Notes under the pieces: model-generated
Seen by the model: the letters and a program-made list of their open reading frames with translations, nothing else
Told to the model about the DNA's origin: nothing
The model's database searches: none
NCBI GenBank assembly: GCA_963765145.1
Contig: CAVXVG010000026.1
Coordinates: 160,001 to 224,000, forward strand
DNA length: 64,000 nt
Source: Parachlamydiales bacterium
GTDB taxonomy: Bacteria; Chlamydiota; Chlamydiia; Chlamydiales; JAJFMK01
Direction: 5' to 3'
Translations under genes and position numbers: made by a program
In this document: positions 48,529 to 60,100 of the stretch, in pieces
How the letters are laid out: every line of letters begins with the position of its first letter
How positions within the stretch are numbered: the stretch's first letter is position 1

Positions 48529-51500
48529 ATGGAACCCAAGCACTTAAAAACAAAAAAGTTTGTTGACTCAGGACTTTTTCGCAAGCTCAATAATTTTAAC
48601 CAGCTAGAAAATAGAATATCAAAATTACCAGATCATGAACGCGGGGATGCATTTGAAGTCTTTGCTGAAGCATATTTCGTAACCCAAAAAATATCTCAAG
48701 CTGCTGAAGTGTGGCCCGATAAAGAAATTCCAATAAGCCTACGCGATACCCTGGGGCTGTTTAAAAAGGACATGGGCGCCGATGGGATTATCCGTACAAA
48801 GGAAGATCACTATCATGCTTATCAAGTTAAATTTCGCTCTAATCGCACAAGTTTGACTTGGGAAGAACTTTCTACTTTTATGGGGATAAGTGATCGCGTT
48901 CATAAGCGCGTACTTTTTACGAATTCATGTGATCTTCCGGCCTTAATGCAAGATCGAACGGATTTCTATGCGATAAAAGGTAATGACTTAGATGCTCTTA
49001 CGGAGGAAGACTTTCAGTGTATTGAAGAATGGCTCAAGAGCGGAACTATTGTATTTCAAAGAAAGACGCCTTTTCCATACCAAGAAGAAGCTCTTGCAAC
49101 CATTATTTCTACATTTAAAGCTAATAACCGCACTACAGCCGTAATGGCCTGTGGAACAGGAAAAACGCTGATTTCTCTTTGGCTAGCAGAAAGAATGAAT
49201 GTTAACTCCATCGTCGTTCTAGTCCCCTCCCTTTCTTTGATAAGACAAATGCTACACGAGTGGATGAAGGAAACGGTTTGGCAAGATTATTCATTCCTTT
49301 GTGTTTGTTCGGATAAAAGTGTGGCCAATGGAATAGATGAAATTGTACTGCATCAAACAGATCTAGATTTTCCAGTGACGACATCAAGTGAAGACATTCA
49401 CTCATTCCTTCAAAACAAGACGTGCCAGCGCAAAATAATTTTCTCTACATACCATTCTTCCAGAGTCCTTGCTCAGGGATTACCAACTGGGCATTCATTT
49501 GATTTAGGAATATTCGATGAAGCTCATAAAACAACTGGAAGAGATGGGACGACTTTTGGATTCGCTTTAAAGAATGAAAATCTTCCTATTCAAAAACGCT
49601 TATTTCTCACTGCAACTCCACGACATTATGACATAAAGAAAAAAGATAAGGAGGGGAATCTCCGTCTTGTTTTTTCCATGGATAATTCCGAAATTTATGG
49701 GGCAATTTCTCATAAGCTTTCCTTTGCTTCTGCTGCTTCTAAGGGGATCATATGTCCCTATAAGATTGTCATTTCAATTGTGACGGATGAAACCATTACG
49801 AGAGATCTACTAAAGCGAGGGGAGGTCATTGTTAATGGCGACGTCATTAAGGCAAATCAAATTGCGCGGATTTTCGCTCTAAAGACAGCTATTGAGAAGT
49901 TCAACGTGAAGCAAATATTCACCTTCCATAGCTCTGTTGATTCAGCAAAGTCATTCACTTCTAGATCAGAAGAAGGAACTGGGGCCTACCTCGATAATTT
50001 TAGTACGTATCACGTAAATGGTGGAATGTCAACCAGCGCACGTGAAAAGATCATGCGCGAATTTGAACAAGCTCCTCAAGCCATTATATCAAATGCAAGG
50101 TGTCTTACTGAAGGCGTAAACGTACCTGCTGTGGATACGGTTGTGTTTATGTCTCCTAAAAAAAGCAGAGTAGATATTGTTCAAGCTGCCGGCAGAGCTA
50201 TGCGTAAAGCAGGCGGCAAACAATTCGGCTATATATTACTGCCTATTCACCTACACACAGCTAAGGATGAAAATCTTGAAAGCGCATTAGAGAGCACTCA
50301 ATTTGAAGAGGTTTGGGATGTTTTAGAAGCCATGTTGGAACAGGATCAAGACCTGGCTGAAATCATCCAACAAATGCGCGAAGACATCGGCAGAAAAGGG
50401 GGATTTGATGACAGCCGATTAAGAGAGCGCCTGGAGTTTATAGGTCCTGAACTCGAAATAAACTTTCTGCGTCAAACTATAACGACTGCTATTGTTGATA
50501 AACTTAGCTCCAGCTGGGATGAGCGCTATGGTGAACTTGTGCGGTTTAGTGAGATATACGGACACTGTAATGTTCCCGACGCGTTTTCAGAAAATCCTAA
50601 ACTTCACTCTTGGGTTGGTACCCAAAGATTATTTTTCAAAAGAAACAAATTATCAAAAGATAAAATTGAAAAACTGAATAAAATTGGTTTTGTTTGGAAT
50701 CCTTTTGATGCAGCATGGCACGAAATGTTCAATGCTCTATACGAGTTTAAACAAAACACAGGTCATCTAGACGTCTGGATGGCCCCTGTTCGGAATGAAC
50801 GTCTATGTACGTGGGCGCAAAAACAGCGACAAAACTACAGCAAAAACAAACTTGCTTTCAATTATATCAAGAAGCTCGAAGAGATTGACTTTGTCTGGAA
50901 CCCACTTATTGTAGCTTGGGAGGAGATGTTTTTGGAGCTTAGCAAATTCAAGCAAGAATATGGGCACTGTAACGTAAAACAAAAACATCCACCAAACCAA
51001 CAACTTGCTACTTGGGTGAATACTCAACGTGACCAATACAAAGAAGGAAAATGCTTGCCAGAGCGTATTAAAAGGCTTGAGGATCTGGGATTTGTGTGGG
51101 ATACAAATATTGCAGCATGGGAAAATATGTTTTCGGAGCTGTGCAAATTCGAAAACAAGCATGGACACTGTAACGTCCCAAGAGGACATCATGAAAATCC
51201 TCGACTTGCTACTTGGGTAACAACGCAACGCTCTGACTATAAAGATGGCAGGATTACTTCACAACGTAGAGAGAGGCTTGAAAAAATTGGATTCGAGTGG
51301 AATACAAATGAGAGCGCCTGGGAAAAAATGTATGCCGCTCTAATACAATTTAAACAAGATATTGGGCACTGTAACGTCCCGCCTAAATACAAAAACAAGC
51401 AGTTAGGTTCATGGGTTGTACATCAAAGAGAAGCATTCAGACAAAGCACGCTAGACAGCCAAAGAGTTAGTCGTTTAGAAGAACTTGGATTTATATTCGA

Positions 51501-53109
51501 TCCTTTAAATGCATTGTGGGATGAAATTTATAATGAATTAGCCGAATTTAAAAGAAAAAATGGGCACTGCAATGTGCCAAAAGAATATTCTGAAAATCCC
51601 AGGCTAGGTGCTTGGGTTTCCAAACAACGGCTACAGCAAAGTAAAGGCAAATTATCTGCCCATCGTTTTGATAAACTCAACGAGCTGGATTTCAATTGGA
51701 ATACTCTCCATTCATTTTGGGAAGAAATGTTCTCAGAATTATGTAAGTTTGAAAAAGAAAATGGGCATTGCATTGTGCCTAAAGGATATGAAAAGTCACC
51801 AAAACTAGCTACCTGGGTTAGCGTTCAACGCAGCGTATTTAAGAAAAACAAACTATCAAAAGAACGCCTTGAGAAACTTATACAATTAGACTTTGCCTGG
51901 GATCCTAATAAAAATGCCTGGGAAGAAATGTTTTACGAGCTGAGTAATTTCAAAAATGACAATGGCCATTGCAGCGTACCGAAAGATTATGAAAGAGTGC
52001 CAAGTCTAGGAAACTGGGTTAGCATTCAACGCAGAGATTATAAGAAGGAGGCGCTTGCAAAGGAACGTGCTGAAAAACTGATAAGCCTAGGCTTTGTCTG
52101 GGATCCATATGATGACCAATGGGAAGCGATGTTTGCAGAATTATTGCAGTACAAGTCAGAAAACGGCCATTGCAGTGTTTCACAAAAATCCGAGAAAAAT
52201 TTGGAGCTCGCACGATGGGTTGGAAGGCAACGGAACACATATAAAAAGGATTGTTTGCCTCAAGAGCGTATTGTTAGGCTTGAACAATTAGGATTTGTCT
52301 GGAATGTCATAAACGATGCCTGGGAAGAAATGTTCAGTGAATTGCTTGAGTTTAAAAATAGCGCTGGGCATTGCAATGTACCGCAATACTTTCCGAAAAA
52401 CCCCAAACTTGGCGGATGGGTATCACACCAGCGCGATCACTATAGGCAGGAGATATTGCTAGATGAACGCATTACTAGATTACAGGAGATAGGATTCTGC
52501 TGGGACCCTCACAATGCAATAAGAGAAGAAATGTTTGAGACCCTTTGCGCATTTAAGGCAGCTAATGGACATTGTGATGTTCCAAGCACCTCTGAAAGTT
52601 CACAGCTTGCGCGATGGGTTGTAAGGCAACGTACTTCACATAAGAAAGGAACTATTTGCCCTGACTTCAAAGGGAAATTGGATGCGATCGATTTTAATTG
52701 GGAACCTTTTGCCAACTCCTGGGAAGAAATGTTTAACTCTTTATGCGAATTTCAAAAAGAAAACGGTCATTGTAATGTGCCGGCTCGCTATCAAAAAAAC
52801 ATGAAGTTAGGCAGATGGATTGATAGACAACGTCAATCTTATAGGAATGGCCCGCTCTCTAAAGAATATAAAGAGCGTCTTGAAAAATTGGGGTTTGTTT
52901 GGAATCCTATGAGCGATGGCTGGGAAGACATGTACCTTAAACTGTGTAATTTCAAGAGAGTCAATGGACATCTAAATATATCTAAAGAACAAAATGAAAA
53001 AAAACTTATTTCTTGGGTAAATTGGCAGCGCTATAGTTATAAAAATGGAAAGTTGAATGAAGAATATGTTCTAAAATTAACCAGCCTGGGAATTAACCTA
53101 GACAAATAG
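48529..53109 (+). CDS. Mrr-like PD-(D/E)XK nuclease, SF2 helicase and 13 helicase-associated (HA) repeats
   Basis: GDAFE, GADG...YQVKF; MACGTGKT, DEAH, LTATP, LTEGVNVP, QAAGRAMRK; 13 repeats of W-xx-MF-xL-xF...GHCxVP...LxxWV-xQR. Confidence 0.9.
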   Translation: MEPKHLKTKKFVDSGLFRKLNNFNQLENRISKLPDHERGDAFEVFAEAYFVTQKISQAAEVWPDKEIPISLRDTLGLFKKDMGADGIIRTKEDHYHAYQVKFRSNRTSLTWEELSTFMGISDRVHKRVLFTNSCDLPALMQDRTDFYAIKGNDLDALTEEDFQCIEEWLKSGTIVFQRKTPFPYQEEALATIISTFKANNRTTAVMACGTGKTLISLWLAERMNVNSIVVLVPSLSLIRQMLHEWMKETVWQDYSFLCVCSDKSVANGIDEIVLHQTDLDFPVTTSSEDIHSFLQNKTCQRKIIFSTYHSSRVLAQGLPTGHSFDLGIFDEAHKTTGRDGTTFGFALKNENLPIQKRLFLTATPRHYDIKKKDKEGNLRLVFSMDNSEIYGAISHKLSFASAASKGIICPYKIVISIVTDETITRDLLKRGEVIVNGDVIKANQIARIFALKTAIEKFNVKQIFTFHSSVDSAKSFTSRSEEGTGAYLDNFSTYHVNGGMSTSAREKIMREFEQAPQAIISNARCLTEGVNVPAVDTVVFMSPKKSRVDIVQAAGRAMRKAGGKQFGYILLPIHLHTAKDENLESALESTQFEEVWDVLEAMLEQDQDLAEIIQQMREDIGRKGGFDDSRLRERLEFIGPELEINFLRQTITTAIVDKLSSSWDERYGELVRFSEIYGHCNVPDAFSENPKLHSWVGTQRLFFKRNKLSKDKIEKLNKIGFVWNPFDAAWHEMFNALYEFKQNTGHLDVWMAPVRNERLCTWAQKQRQNYSKNKLAFNYIKKLEEIDFVWNPLIVAWEEMFLELSKFKQEYGHCNVKQKHPPNQQLATWVNTQRDQYKEGKCLPERIKRLEDLGFVWDTNIAAWENMFSELCKFENKHGHCNVPRGHHENPRLATWVTTQRSDYKDGRITSQRRERLEKIGFEWNTNESAWEKMYAALIQFKQDIGHCNVPPKYKNKQLGSWVVHQREAFRQSTLDSQRVSRLEELGFIFDPLNALWDEIYNELAEFKRKNGHCNVPKEYSENPRLGAWVSKQRLQQSKGKLSAHRFDKLNELDFNWNTLHSFWEEMFSELCKFEKENGHCIVPKGYEKSPKLATWVSVQRSVFKKNKLSKERLEKLIQLDFAWDPNKNAWEEMFYELSNFKNDNGHCSVPKDYERVPSLGNWVSIQRRDYKKEALAKERAEKLISLGFVWDPYDDQWEAMFAELLQYKSENGHCSVSQKSEKNLELARWVGRQRNTYKKDCLPQERIVRLEQLGFVWNVINDAWEEMFSELLEFKNSAGHCNVPQYFPKNPKLGGWVSHQRDHYRQEILLDERITRLQEIGFCWDPHNAIREEMFETLCAFKAANGHCDVPSTSESSQLARWVVRQRTSHKKGTICPDFKGKLDAIDFNWEPFANSWEEMFNSLCEFQKENGHCNVPARYQKNMKLGRWIDRQRQSYRNGPLSKEYKERLEKLGFVWNPMSDGWEDMYLKLCNFKRVNGHLNISKEQNEKKLISWVNWQRYSYKNGKLNEEYVLKLTSLGINLDK

Positions 53110-53263
53110 CTTGTGGTGTTAAAAGGCTTTTTCGATGATAGATGCAAATTAATAGTAGGTGAACCTATTTTTTACATCTAAAAAATATAGTGTTTATTTA
53201 ATGTGATGATTGTTTTAAAGAATGTGCTTACGGTTCTTCTCCTCTTCCACAAAAAAAACTTCG

Positions 53264-53389
53264 AAATGGGTCTCCCTTTTTCGTTTCCTTTTTCCTATTT
53301 AATTTTTTAAGGGCTCTTCGAAACAAAGTGACCTCTTTGTTTGTAGAAGAAAGTGGAAAGGAGTTGGCCTTATGCCCTAAAATTCCTCA
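53264..53389 (+). pseudogene. Degenerate internal fragment copy of gene 45550-46470
   Basis: Colinear with 46109-46232 (shared GCTCTTCGAAACAAAGT-ACCTCTTTGTTTGTAGAAGAAA); carries a CAA>TAA change and an extra T. Confidence 0.85.
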
Positions 53390-53574
53390 CGACTTATAAT
53401 AGCCGAGACAGCGTGATTATAGGCATCAATGGCGTTGATTTTTCCAAAGCTGAAAGAAGAATTACTAACGATGAAGGAGGGGTTTCCTTCTTTACCTCAT
53501 CAAGCTGTACTACAGCTTCAGCAATAGAGTGAAGTCCTTTAGCTGCAAATATTCCAAGGCAAAAAAAAACGATT

Positions 53575-54117
53575 TCATTTGTAGTTTCTGTCATTGTTGG
53601 AATGAGTGGAATTAACAGCCTTCAATGCATCCTCATAAGTCTCTTCATGAATAGCTTTTAAGTCGTATTTTTCAGGGACATCGATATAGTAGGTTAATTT
53701 CCCTCGTTTGGCTGCTGCAATCATAATTTCACCCGTAAGAACTTTATGTCTATCAGAACTGTAAAAATAGATGTCGATTTCAACGTTTTGAGCTGTAAAA
53801 GGATATTCATGGAGATAAGGCCTCACTTCTTCACTAGCATTAATATCTGACAGATACTCCTCGACAGAGTCGACTAAAAGATGTCTGGCAGTATCAATGT
53901 CGACCACATGATAATAGTTGAATCCTATCATCATCATTTGTATATCATTCATCATTTGCCCCCCTGTTCCCACGGGGATTAAGCCCTTCTCATTTTCAAG
54001 TTTTTTAGCAGTTTTAGCTGTAATTGCATTTGCTATTTTTCCATAGTTGGCTTTTGGAGGTTCAAAAGAAGAGCAAGAAAACATAGTTGCTAGCACTCCA
54101 AATAAAAAAAAATTCAT
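53575..54117 (-). CDS. Lipoprotein immunity protein of Rhs2
   Basis: Lipobox-like LATMFSC; ATGA overlap with the Rhs2 stop. Confidence 0.75.
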   Translation of the reverse strand: MNFFLFGVLATMFSCSSFEPPKANYGKIANAITAKTAKKLENEKGLIPVGTGGQMMNDIQMMMIGFNYYHVVDIDTARHLLVDSVEEYLSDINASEEVRPYLHEYPFTAQNVEIDIYFYSSDRHKVLTGEIMIAAAKRGKLTYYIDVPEKYDLKAIHEETYEDALKAVNSTHSNNDRNYK

Positions 54118-57100
54118 TTTTTGCCTCCATAATCTTTAATATATTCGTTTATGCGGCGTCGCAAGGGCACTTCAAATGTAGGGCTTGAAATTCCATGGTC
54201 CCACCAATCCGCAGAGGGATGTGGATCTAAAACCATTAGCTCATCGCCGTGATTTAATTGTCCCATAATGTCAAGATAAGTGACAAAATCGTTTCTGCTT
54301 ACATAGTTATAGGATTGGAAGCATAGCTCATTTGGAATAATGACTGAGGGAGCAAGCGCTACAACTATAATTTGTTTTCGAACCGATTCTGGCGAAGATA
54401 ATAGCGCATTTTTGATTTGATCGGCTCCACCACTATGGCAAAATTGGAGAAATTTTGCATCTGGTCCGTGCTTAGCAATCAGATGATTCCATCTGTTTTT
54501 TATAAGTTGAACGGGAGGCGTATGGAATCCCATATGCTGAACCATACATTCTAAGATGTCGACGGGCACTGTATTTGACCTGTTATAGGTACCATGAACT
54601 TTAGCTCCTTGAGCATATTTACTCAATTGAGTCACAGTTGCAAGAGACTCTGTTTCCGTGTTGTTAATTCCATTTATAAAATCGATCGAGCCGTTTGGTA
54701 GATCAAATGAACCTACCTGAAATTGACTTGAACGTGTAAAGCCGTTGTTTGCACAGTACGCAGAAAGTGCATTGCAGCTTTGGATCATGTGATTGTAAAC
54801 GTGCGAAACAGGTAGAGGTAAAAAAGAGTCTGCTACGAACCGCTGTGTAGTCTCATAGATTGTAGAGGCGAATCTTCCTGAAGGATCGCGGAAGTTGATG
54901 GGATCTCCGTTGGCATAGGAATAGAGGTTAAGGGGGATGGGGTAGGCGATCGGATCGGGCGAAAGAAAGCGGCCTCTCGTGGGATCGTAGTAGCGAGCGC
55001 CAAAGTGTATAAGGCCGGTAGGATCTTGCTGTTTGCCTTGCCAGGTGAGGGAGTGGGCGTAGGTAAGAAGGGAGGAAGTCGTTGGAGGGGCAGTGAGAGG
55101 GCCGTAGGCTGAGGGAAGCTCTTTTGTCCAAGAGGTGTTTTTGGAGGTCAGGACGGCGATTAGGTTGCCAACGGCATCATTGAGGAGGCCTACGGAGTTG
55201 CCTTTGTCATCAAGAATAAATTCACAAGAGTTGGGGCCATAGATTTTCCAGAAGGTATTTGAACCCGATTGAAGACCAATTTCTTGGAACTCATGTTGGG
55301 GATCGTAATAGGAGAGAGTGTGGATGGGGAAGGGCCACCATCCAGCAGTGTGAGTGGTCTTTAGGCGGCGACCAAAGGAATCGTAAGAGGCTTTCCAAGT
55401 AGAATTTGGAGTAGTGACTTTGATGAGATTTCCCCAAGGATCCCATTCGAAAGAGGTGTCGTTTTGAGAAGTTGTTTGTCCTAAAGCATTGTAAGTGGTT
55501 TTGACTGGTTTGGAGTCGATCAGCTCAGCGATGATTTTCCCAAAGGCATCGATGCCATCGTGAGGGATGGAGGTATGGTTGGCAGAGTTGCGGATGCCTA
55601 GAGGGTTAAAAGAAAAGTGTTCTTCGCCAGCTTGAGAAAGGAAGCCTTGAGGAGTGTAGGAGAAGTTTTTGGTGTTGTGTGAGGAAAGTTTTCCTGATGG
55701 AGACCATTTGAGAGATTCGGTGTGGGTATGGTCTTGTAGATGGGTGATGATACTCTCGGGAAGGGAAGCATTGTAGTGAATGTCTACAGTGGCAAATGGG
55801 GTTGCCTTTTTGACGAGGTTGCCGCTCAAGTCATAGTCATACCGAAGGGTTTGGCCCTGAGAAGAGACAGTTTTTAGGCGGCCTGATTCGTAGGAAAATT
55901 CTCTTTGATGGCCGTTGACGATAAGGATGCGGTTAGTGGGACTCCACGATTGGTTTGTTTGCTGGATAAGGGTGGAGTCGAGATAGGTTGATTCGGAGAT
56001 GAGTCGTCCGCAAGTGTCATAGGAACGGAGCACTTTGGAGTCGTTATTTTCGGCAGAGGTGATGAGGCCGCGGTTGTCGTAGGCGAAGGAGCGAGTGAAG
56101 TCGTTGATTGTCTCTCTTTCGAGTCTGGATAGGGCGTCGTAAGAGTAGATGTGGGCACGGCCCATTGGGTCAATGGCACGTTGCAAGAGGCCATTTTCGT
56201 AAATGTATTGCCACTGTTGGGAAACTTCAAACCCAGATTGAAGTTGTTCGCTTGTTTTTCTTCCCATCTGATCGTAAGAGGCCTTCCATGACAAGTTTTC
56301 GGGAAGGTCATAACTGACGAGATGAGAGTCATCGTCGTAGGTATATCCGATGGAAGTATGATCAGGGAGAGTTTTTTTTGTGAGGCGCCCATGGGGGTCG
56401 AACTGGAAGTGCGTTGTACGACCTTCTCCATCGGTTGTGGCGATGCATTGGCCGGAAGGGTCGTAACGGTAGAGGATAGTGGTTAACCTATCTTCGACTT
56501 TAAGAGGTTGACCCAAGGTGTTAAACCAAGTGGAAATGGTTTGATGGCCGGAGATTTCTTGTTTGAGATTCCTTTCGTGGTCGTAGATGATCTTGGTTGA
56601 GGCAATGAGATCACCATTTAGGTTAAAAGTCTCGCTTTTGATGAGCTGTCCACACTCAAATTGCTGAACTGTCTTTTCTCCCGATGGCAGGTGGCAGATG
56701 ATGGTATCGCCATTGTAGTTCCAGGTCGTTTGCTGTCCGTCCGGAGAAATTTCTGTTTTGACTCGGCCAAGACCATCGTATGTTTTCTTCCAGGTGCTTC
56801 CTTCTCCATCGGTTGAGGCGATGAGAAGGCCACGTGTGTCGAAGGTTTGTGTTTCTGTAATGTTTGCTGTGGTTCGGACTATTTTTTGATGAAGGTCATC
56901 GTAGAAGATGTTTGTGATGGTCCCATTTCGGACTTCCTGAGTAGGACGTCCAAAAGGGTCATAAACGAAAGTGCTTTCGGTTCCATCTGGGTAGACTTCT
57001 TTTTCGAGAAGGCCATTAGTGGTGTAGTTTCGGGTAATTTTTGCTCCCATGGGAGAGAGGGTAGAAGCAACAAATCCACCTGGTTCATAGATATATTGGG

Positions 57101-60100
57101 TGGTAAGCCCTGCCTTGGTTACAGAAATCGGACGGCCAATCTCATCTAACTTACGGCATATAGAAACGCCAAGGGGATTTACCTCTTCGATGAGTTCGCC
57201 TCGAGTGTCGTACTCGTAGAGTGTGTATGCATACCCTTCCGTTAGGGCCTGACGACTTGCCATGACTTGGCCCGCAGCATTGTAGTCGATGAAGAGGGTG
57301 TTTTCAGGATTTGGCCCCTGCTTCCAGATCATCTGGTTGTTTTGGTTATAACCAAAGTAGGTAGTGGAGAGAAGTTGGCCAAAACGGTTGTAAAGAGAAG
57401 TGACAAGATTGTTCCCCATGATGTCATATTCGTGGCGCTCTATTCCGTCGGAAGATACTTTCTCTATGCACTGCCCTTGTCGGTTGTACTTGAAAGTCGT
57501 TACAACATCTGGGTCTTCAGTTCCGGTTTCTTGGATCATCTGAATGGGTAGCCCACTTTCATACGTCCAACGGCTCACAGCTCCATCTACATTTTGCTGG
57601 ATGAGATGGCCTTTCTCATCGTAGGTAAAATGAGTTGTGGAGGTCAGTTGATCATCGACCCATTTTTCGATCTTTACAGGCAGGTACTCATGGTAGAAAG
57701 TTCTTGTAGTCCTATTGAGGGTTGATTCTTTCACACAAAGATGATGCTCATTATATTTCAGCCTTTTCTCAATGTCTAAAAAGATGAAGGAATTAGGATT
57801 ACCACATGCGTCGTAGCGGTATTCAGTGATCAGGCCTCTTTTATCTTGAGTGGTTTTTAAACTATTGGAGTAGGCTCCATTGCCTTCCCAAAGAAGAACT
57901 TTCCCTCCAATCGCATCAAAGTAGCTTCTCTCATCGATGAACCACGATTGATAGGTTGTTTGCCCAACTGGATCGGTGATTTTGTAAATTTGTTTGTCGT
58001 AGATAAGATATTGGGTGGTTCCACCTTCTCCATCGATGACAGTGGTCATCCCATCTTCAAATTTAAAGGTGGCGCTTGGAACAATCTGTTGCTGCAAGCC
58101 TACTGGAGAACACTGCTCAATTACTTGTCCCTTTGTGTTGTACTTGTTCTCAAGAACTCTTCCGCAAGGGCGGGACTCTTGTGTGATTTGATGGTGGCCA
58201 TCGTAGGCATAGGCGATGATAGCGCCGTTCGGAAGAGTGACCTGGTCTAAATCGCCTTGGTAGGTGTAGTGGTATTTGACCCAGCGGCCATCTTTGGTGA
58301 AAGCCTCGGAGATTTTCCCTTCAGGGTTGTAATGGAATCTTACAAAGCTATCGATAGAGTTTTCAATTTTGACGAGTTGCTCGCCGTCATAGTCAAAAGA
58401 AAGGATGTTGCCAACCGGATCGATCCATTGTCTTAAAAGACGATCTTTAAAGATCCGGCTAGAGCCATCAGCCCCATAAAGAATGTTGTCTTTGATATAG
58501 GCGTGGAAGGGGTTTGCTGTCCCGCCAAAGTTGCGGAGTTCTGGGTTGTCTTCGGCAAATACCTCGTAACAATCTCCGTTTAAACGATAGACAATGACCG
58601 TGCCGTCCATTTCTGCAGCGAAGAGTTTGTCGTCCTCTTCATGGAGATAGGGATTTAGCCCCAGTTTCCAACCAAAGCCAAAGAGGCCAGGAAGTGGGCT
58701 TTGGTTGCTGTAGTTACGCCTAATCTGCAAAGGGAAAGGGCCGGGAAGGGTAAGATCCACTTCGTCTACATAAAAAGCACCTGTGACAACATCGACGGGG
58801 TCAGAAACAAGGTTAGTTCCCAATTTGTGGCCAGGTCGGACATCGGCAGTCAACCATGTCTTCTGAATTTGTTCCGTTACTTGCTGATTGGTGGGAGTTA
58901 GCTTTGGAAGAGAAAGGAGGTCGTTAGAAATTTTAAAAAGAGTGAAACCGTTTTTGTAAGGAGATAACTTTGTATCTACAAGAAAATTTGGCGGAAGGGG
59001 CGAGCCATAGCCTCCATGTATAAAATGGTCGTGGTCAGAAATGAGGGCAGCGCTGAAACGTGGATTAAAAATCAAAGTGCCTATCCCCCTATATGATGGT
59101 GGATTTCTTCCATTTGATATGAGTTCCGGAGTCATGTAGGCATAGGAAAGAGGGCTACTTTTTGGATCTTCAAAAACCTCTTTTAAAATCGCCCATTGTC
59201 CTTTAGAAAGGGCGCGAAGTTGAAGAAATGGGATTTTGTCTAACTGAGAAAAACTCTCTTTAGTTAAAGCTAGTATGCCACGATCTTCTCTGTGTGCATT
59301 TTCTAACAATTTTACTGTCGAGACCGGATGAGAATCCTGGAAAAGATCTCGTAAAATTTGATGCTCATTAGAAGAGTTGTTGATCGCCAGATGATTTTGA
59401 AGTTGTCCTCCTAAAACGGTTTTTAAGGGTGTTGGCTCATCTAGATAAGTTGTATAAAATTGCATGTCGACTTGGGGGAAAACGAGTTCTCCGGTCGACA
59501 GGTCAGGGGAAAGTTTGGCAAGCCCTACAGCAAAGCAAGTAATGGGAGGTATTTTATGTAATGCAGCTAATATTTGTTCAGCCCTGCTACATTTTTCAAA
59601 ATAGGCCATTCCCATGAAGGAAAGAAGATGATGAAGTCTTTTAGTTTCATCTTTTTCGGTTTCATAAGCTTTTTGAAATAGTTCGAGGTGTTTTGTGGTC
59701 ACCCTTCCGGTATGAAAACAAAGTGCTGTACGGGTTCCCCGCGTAAAGGAAAAGGCCTTTAAAGGTTTGTCATTGAAGCACACAGTGAGGGAGAGCGTAG
59801 AGTCATATGCATCTAGAGGTAATACAAGGCTCTTTCCTTGGACATCCTCCATTTGCAAACGGAATTCGGAAGGAGAAAAAGAGAGCTCCATGATCCCTTC
59901 ATTCAAATTAGGCAATGGAAGAGAAATAGACCTTCTTTTATAGGGGTTTTCGCAAGAACCGACTGTGATCTGCATCAATGACGGCTGGTTTAAGGGAAAC
60001 CCTTCTTGGTTCTCGGCTTGTTTAGAGGGGCGAGGAAAATCTTCCCAACTATTAAATTGCTTTTTGCAAATCGTGCGATGAATACCAACATCTTTGATCG

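Noticed and set aside
53394..53594. 66-aa ORF after the Rhs2 immunity gene
   Set aside because: No recognisable motif; it may be a cassette remnant but cannot be supported
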